Of a stretch of DNA of 64,000 nt, positions 62,318 to 64,000 are shown one piece after another (within the stretch, counting starts at the first letter, position 1; every line of letters starts with the position of its first letter). The translations under genes were made by a program, and so were the position numbers. The notes below the pieces were generated by a model that did no database searches, was not told where the DNA came from, and saw only the letters and a program-made list of their open reading frames with translations. The stretch is from Mobula hypostoma (taxonomy: Eukaryota), in NCBI RefSeq assembly GCF_963921235.1, contig NC_086097.1:237896001-237960000 (forward strand), written 5' to 3'.

Positions 62318-64000
62318 GTAAGATCAAAAGACCATAAGATATAGGAGCAGAATTAGGCGATTTGGTCCATTGAGTCTGCTCTGCCATGGCTCATCCTTTC
62401 TTCCCCTCTTCAGCCCCACTCCCCAGCCTTCTCCCCGTAACCTTTGATGTTGTGTCCATTCAAGAACCTATCAAGCTCTGCCTGAAATAAAACACACACA
62501 ACAACCTGGCTGCCACAGCTGCCTGTGGTAACAAATTCCACAAAGTCATCAGTCTCTAGCTAAAGAAATTTCTCCGCATCTCTGTTTTAAATTGATGCCC
62601 CTCTTATACTGAGATTGTGCCCTCTTGTCCTAGACTCCCCCACCATGGGAAACATCCTTTCCACATTTATTCTGCCTAGACCTTTCAACACCCGAAAGTT
62701 CTCAAAAAGATTCCCCTTCATTCTTCTAAATTCCAGCGAGTGCAGACCCAGAGCCATCAAATACTCCTCGCATGATAATCCTTTCATTCCTGCAATCATC
62801 CTTTTGAACCTCTTCTGAACCCTCTCCAATGCTAGCACATCTTTGCACCATACACAAGGTAGTGCCTTATAAAGCCTCAGCATCACATCACTGCTTTTGT
62901 ATTCATGATCTCCTGAAATGAATGCAAATATTGCATTTGCCTTCCTCACCATCAAATCAACCTGCAAGTTAATCTTTAGGGTGTTCTGCACATGGATTCC
63001 CAAGTCCTTTTGCATCTCAGATTATTGGATTTTCTGATTTAGAAAATAGTCTGCATATTTATTACTTCTGCCAAGATGCATGACCACACATTTTCCAACA
63101 TTGTATTTTATTCTCCACTCTCTTGCCCATTCTCCAAATCTGTCTAAGTCCTTTTGCAACCTACCTGTTTCCTCAATGCTACCTGCCCCTCCACCAATCT
63201 CTATATCATCTGCAAACTTGCCACTAAAGCCATCTATTCCATCATCTCAATCATTGATATACAGCATAAAAAGAAACCAGCCCTTTCAGAACACCACTAG
63301 TCACTGACAACCAACCAGTAAAGGATCCTTTACTTCCACTCGCTGTCTCCTACTAACCAGCCAATGCTCCAACCATGCCAGTAACTTTCCTGTAATATCT
63401 TGGTAAGCAGTCTCGTGTGTGGTATTGCTAGTGTCTTCCACATTGAAAACTGATGCAAAATACTCATTTAGTTCATCTGCCATCTCTTTATCCCCTGTTA
63501 TTATTTCTCCGACCTCATTCCCTTGCAGTCCTATATTCACTCTCATCTCTCTTTTATTTTTTACATACTTGAAAAAGCTTTTAGTATCCACTTTGATGTT
63601 GCTTGATGACTTGCCTTCATATTCTATCTTTTCCCTCCTAGTGGTTCTTAGTTGCTCTCTGTAGGTCTTTAAAAGTTTTCCAATCCTCTATCTTCCCACT
63701 AATTTTTGTTTTGTTGTATGCCTTCTCTTTTGCTTTTGCATTAGCTTTTTCAGCCACAGTTGTACTAATTTGCTATTTGAATATTTCTTTGTTTTTGAAA
63801 TACATCTATCCTGCACCTTCCTTATTTTTCCTCAATCCACTACTGCTCTGCTCTCATCCCTGCCAACATCTCCTTTCAATTTATTTTGGCCAACTCCTCT
63901 CTTATAGCACCGTAATTTCTTTTACTCCACTGAAGTGCTGCAACATCAGACTTTACCTTCTCCCTATCAAATTGCAAGTTGAAATCAATCATATTGTGAA
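62318..64000 (-). mobile_element. CR1 LINE with internal deletions, running off the window
   Basis: LERVQKRFKRMI, FADD and DKEMADELNEYFASVF motifs; (CATAAGA)n tail near 62330. Confidence 0.9.

Noticed and set aside
1..64000. CRISPR array, operons, rRNA or tRNA genes
   Set aside because: No regularly spaced repeat-spacer structure; tRNA-like boxes occur only as degenerate SINE heads; the DNA is eukaryotic.

Overview
Eukaryotic, AT-rich, transposon-saturated vertebrate DNA (intronic or intergenic). The repeat mix points to a cartilaginous fish, probably a ray; this is inference only. I can support no host protein-coding gene, rRNA, tRNA or CRISPR array. Nearly all long ORFs are CR1 LINE remnants or their antisense shadows. 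The window is a nested mosaic of: about 25 CR1 fragments (two near full length, one young 5'-truncated copy with an unbroken 483-codon RT frame); many Rex/Babar-type LINE fragments; one decayed L1; RTE-related pieces; tRNA-derived V-SINE-like elements; a Chapaev3-type DNA transposon; a hAT MITE; and a fold-back Tc1 (DD34E) derivative. The most interesting signal is about ten Penelope-like element (PLE) remnants whose ends carry a minimal type-I hammerhead ribozyme motif (consensus CAGTC-CTGATGA-AGGGTCTCGGCCC-GAAA-CG-TC-GACTG). Several are 100-250 bp non-coding solo or palindromic insertions with their own target-site duplications (TSDs), and their breakpoints cluster at the ribozyme. Boundaries without a quoted TSD or TIR are approximate (tens of bp). 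Family names come from motif recognition, not database searches.
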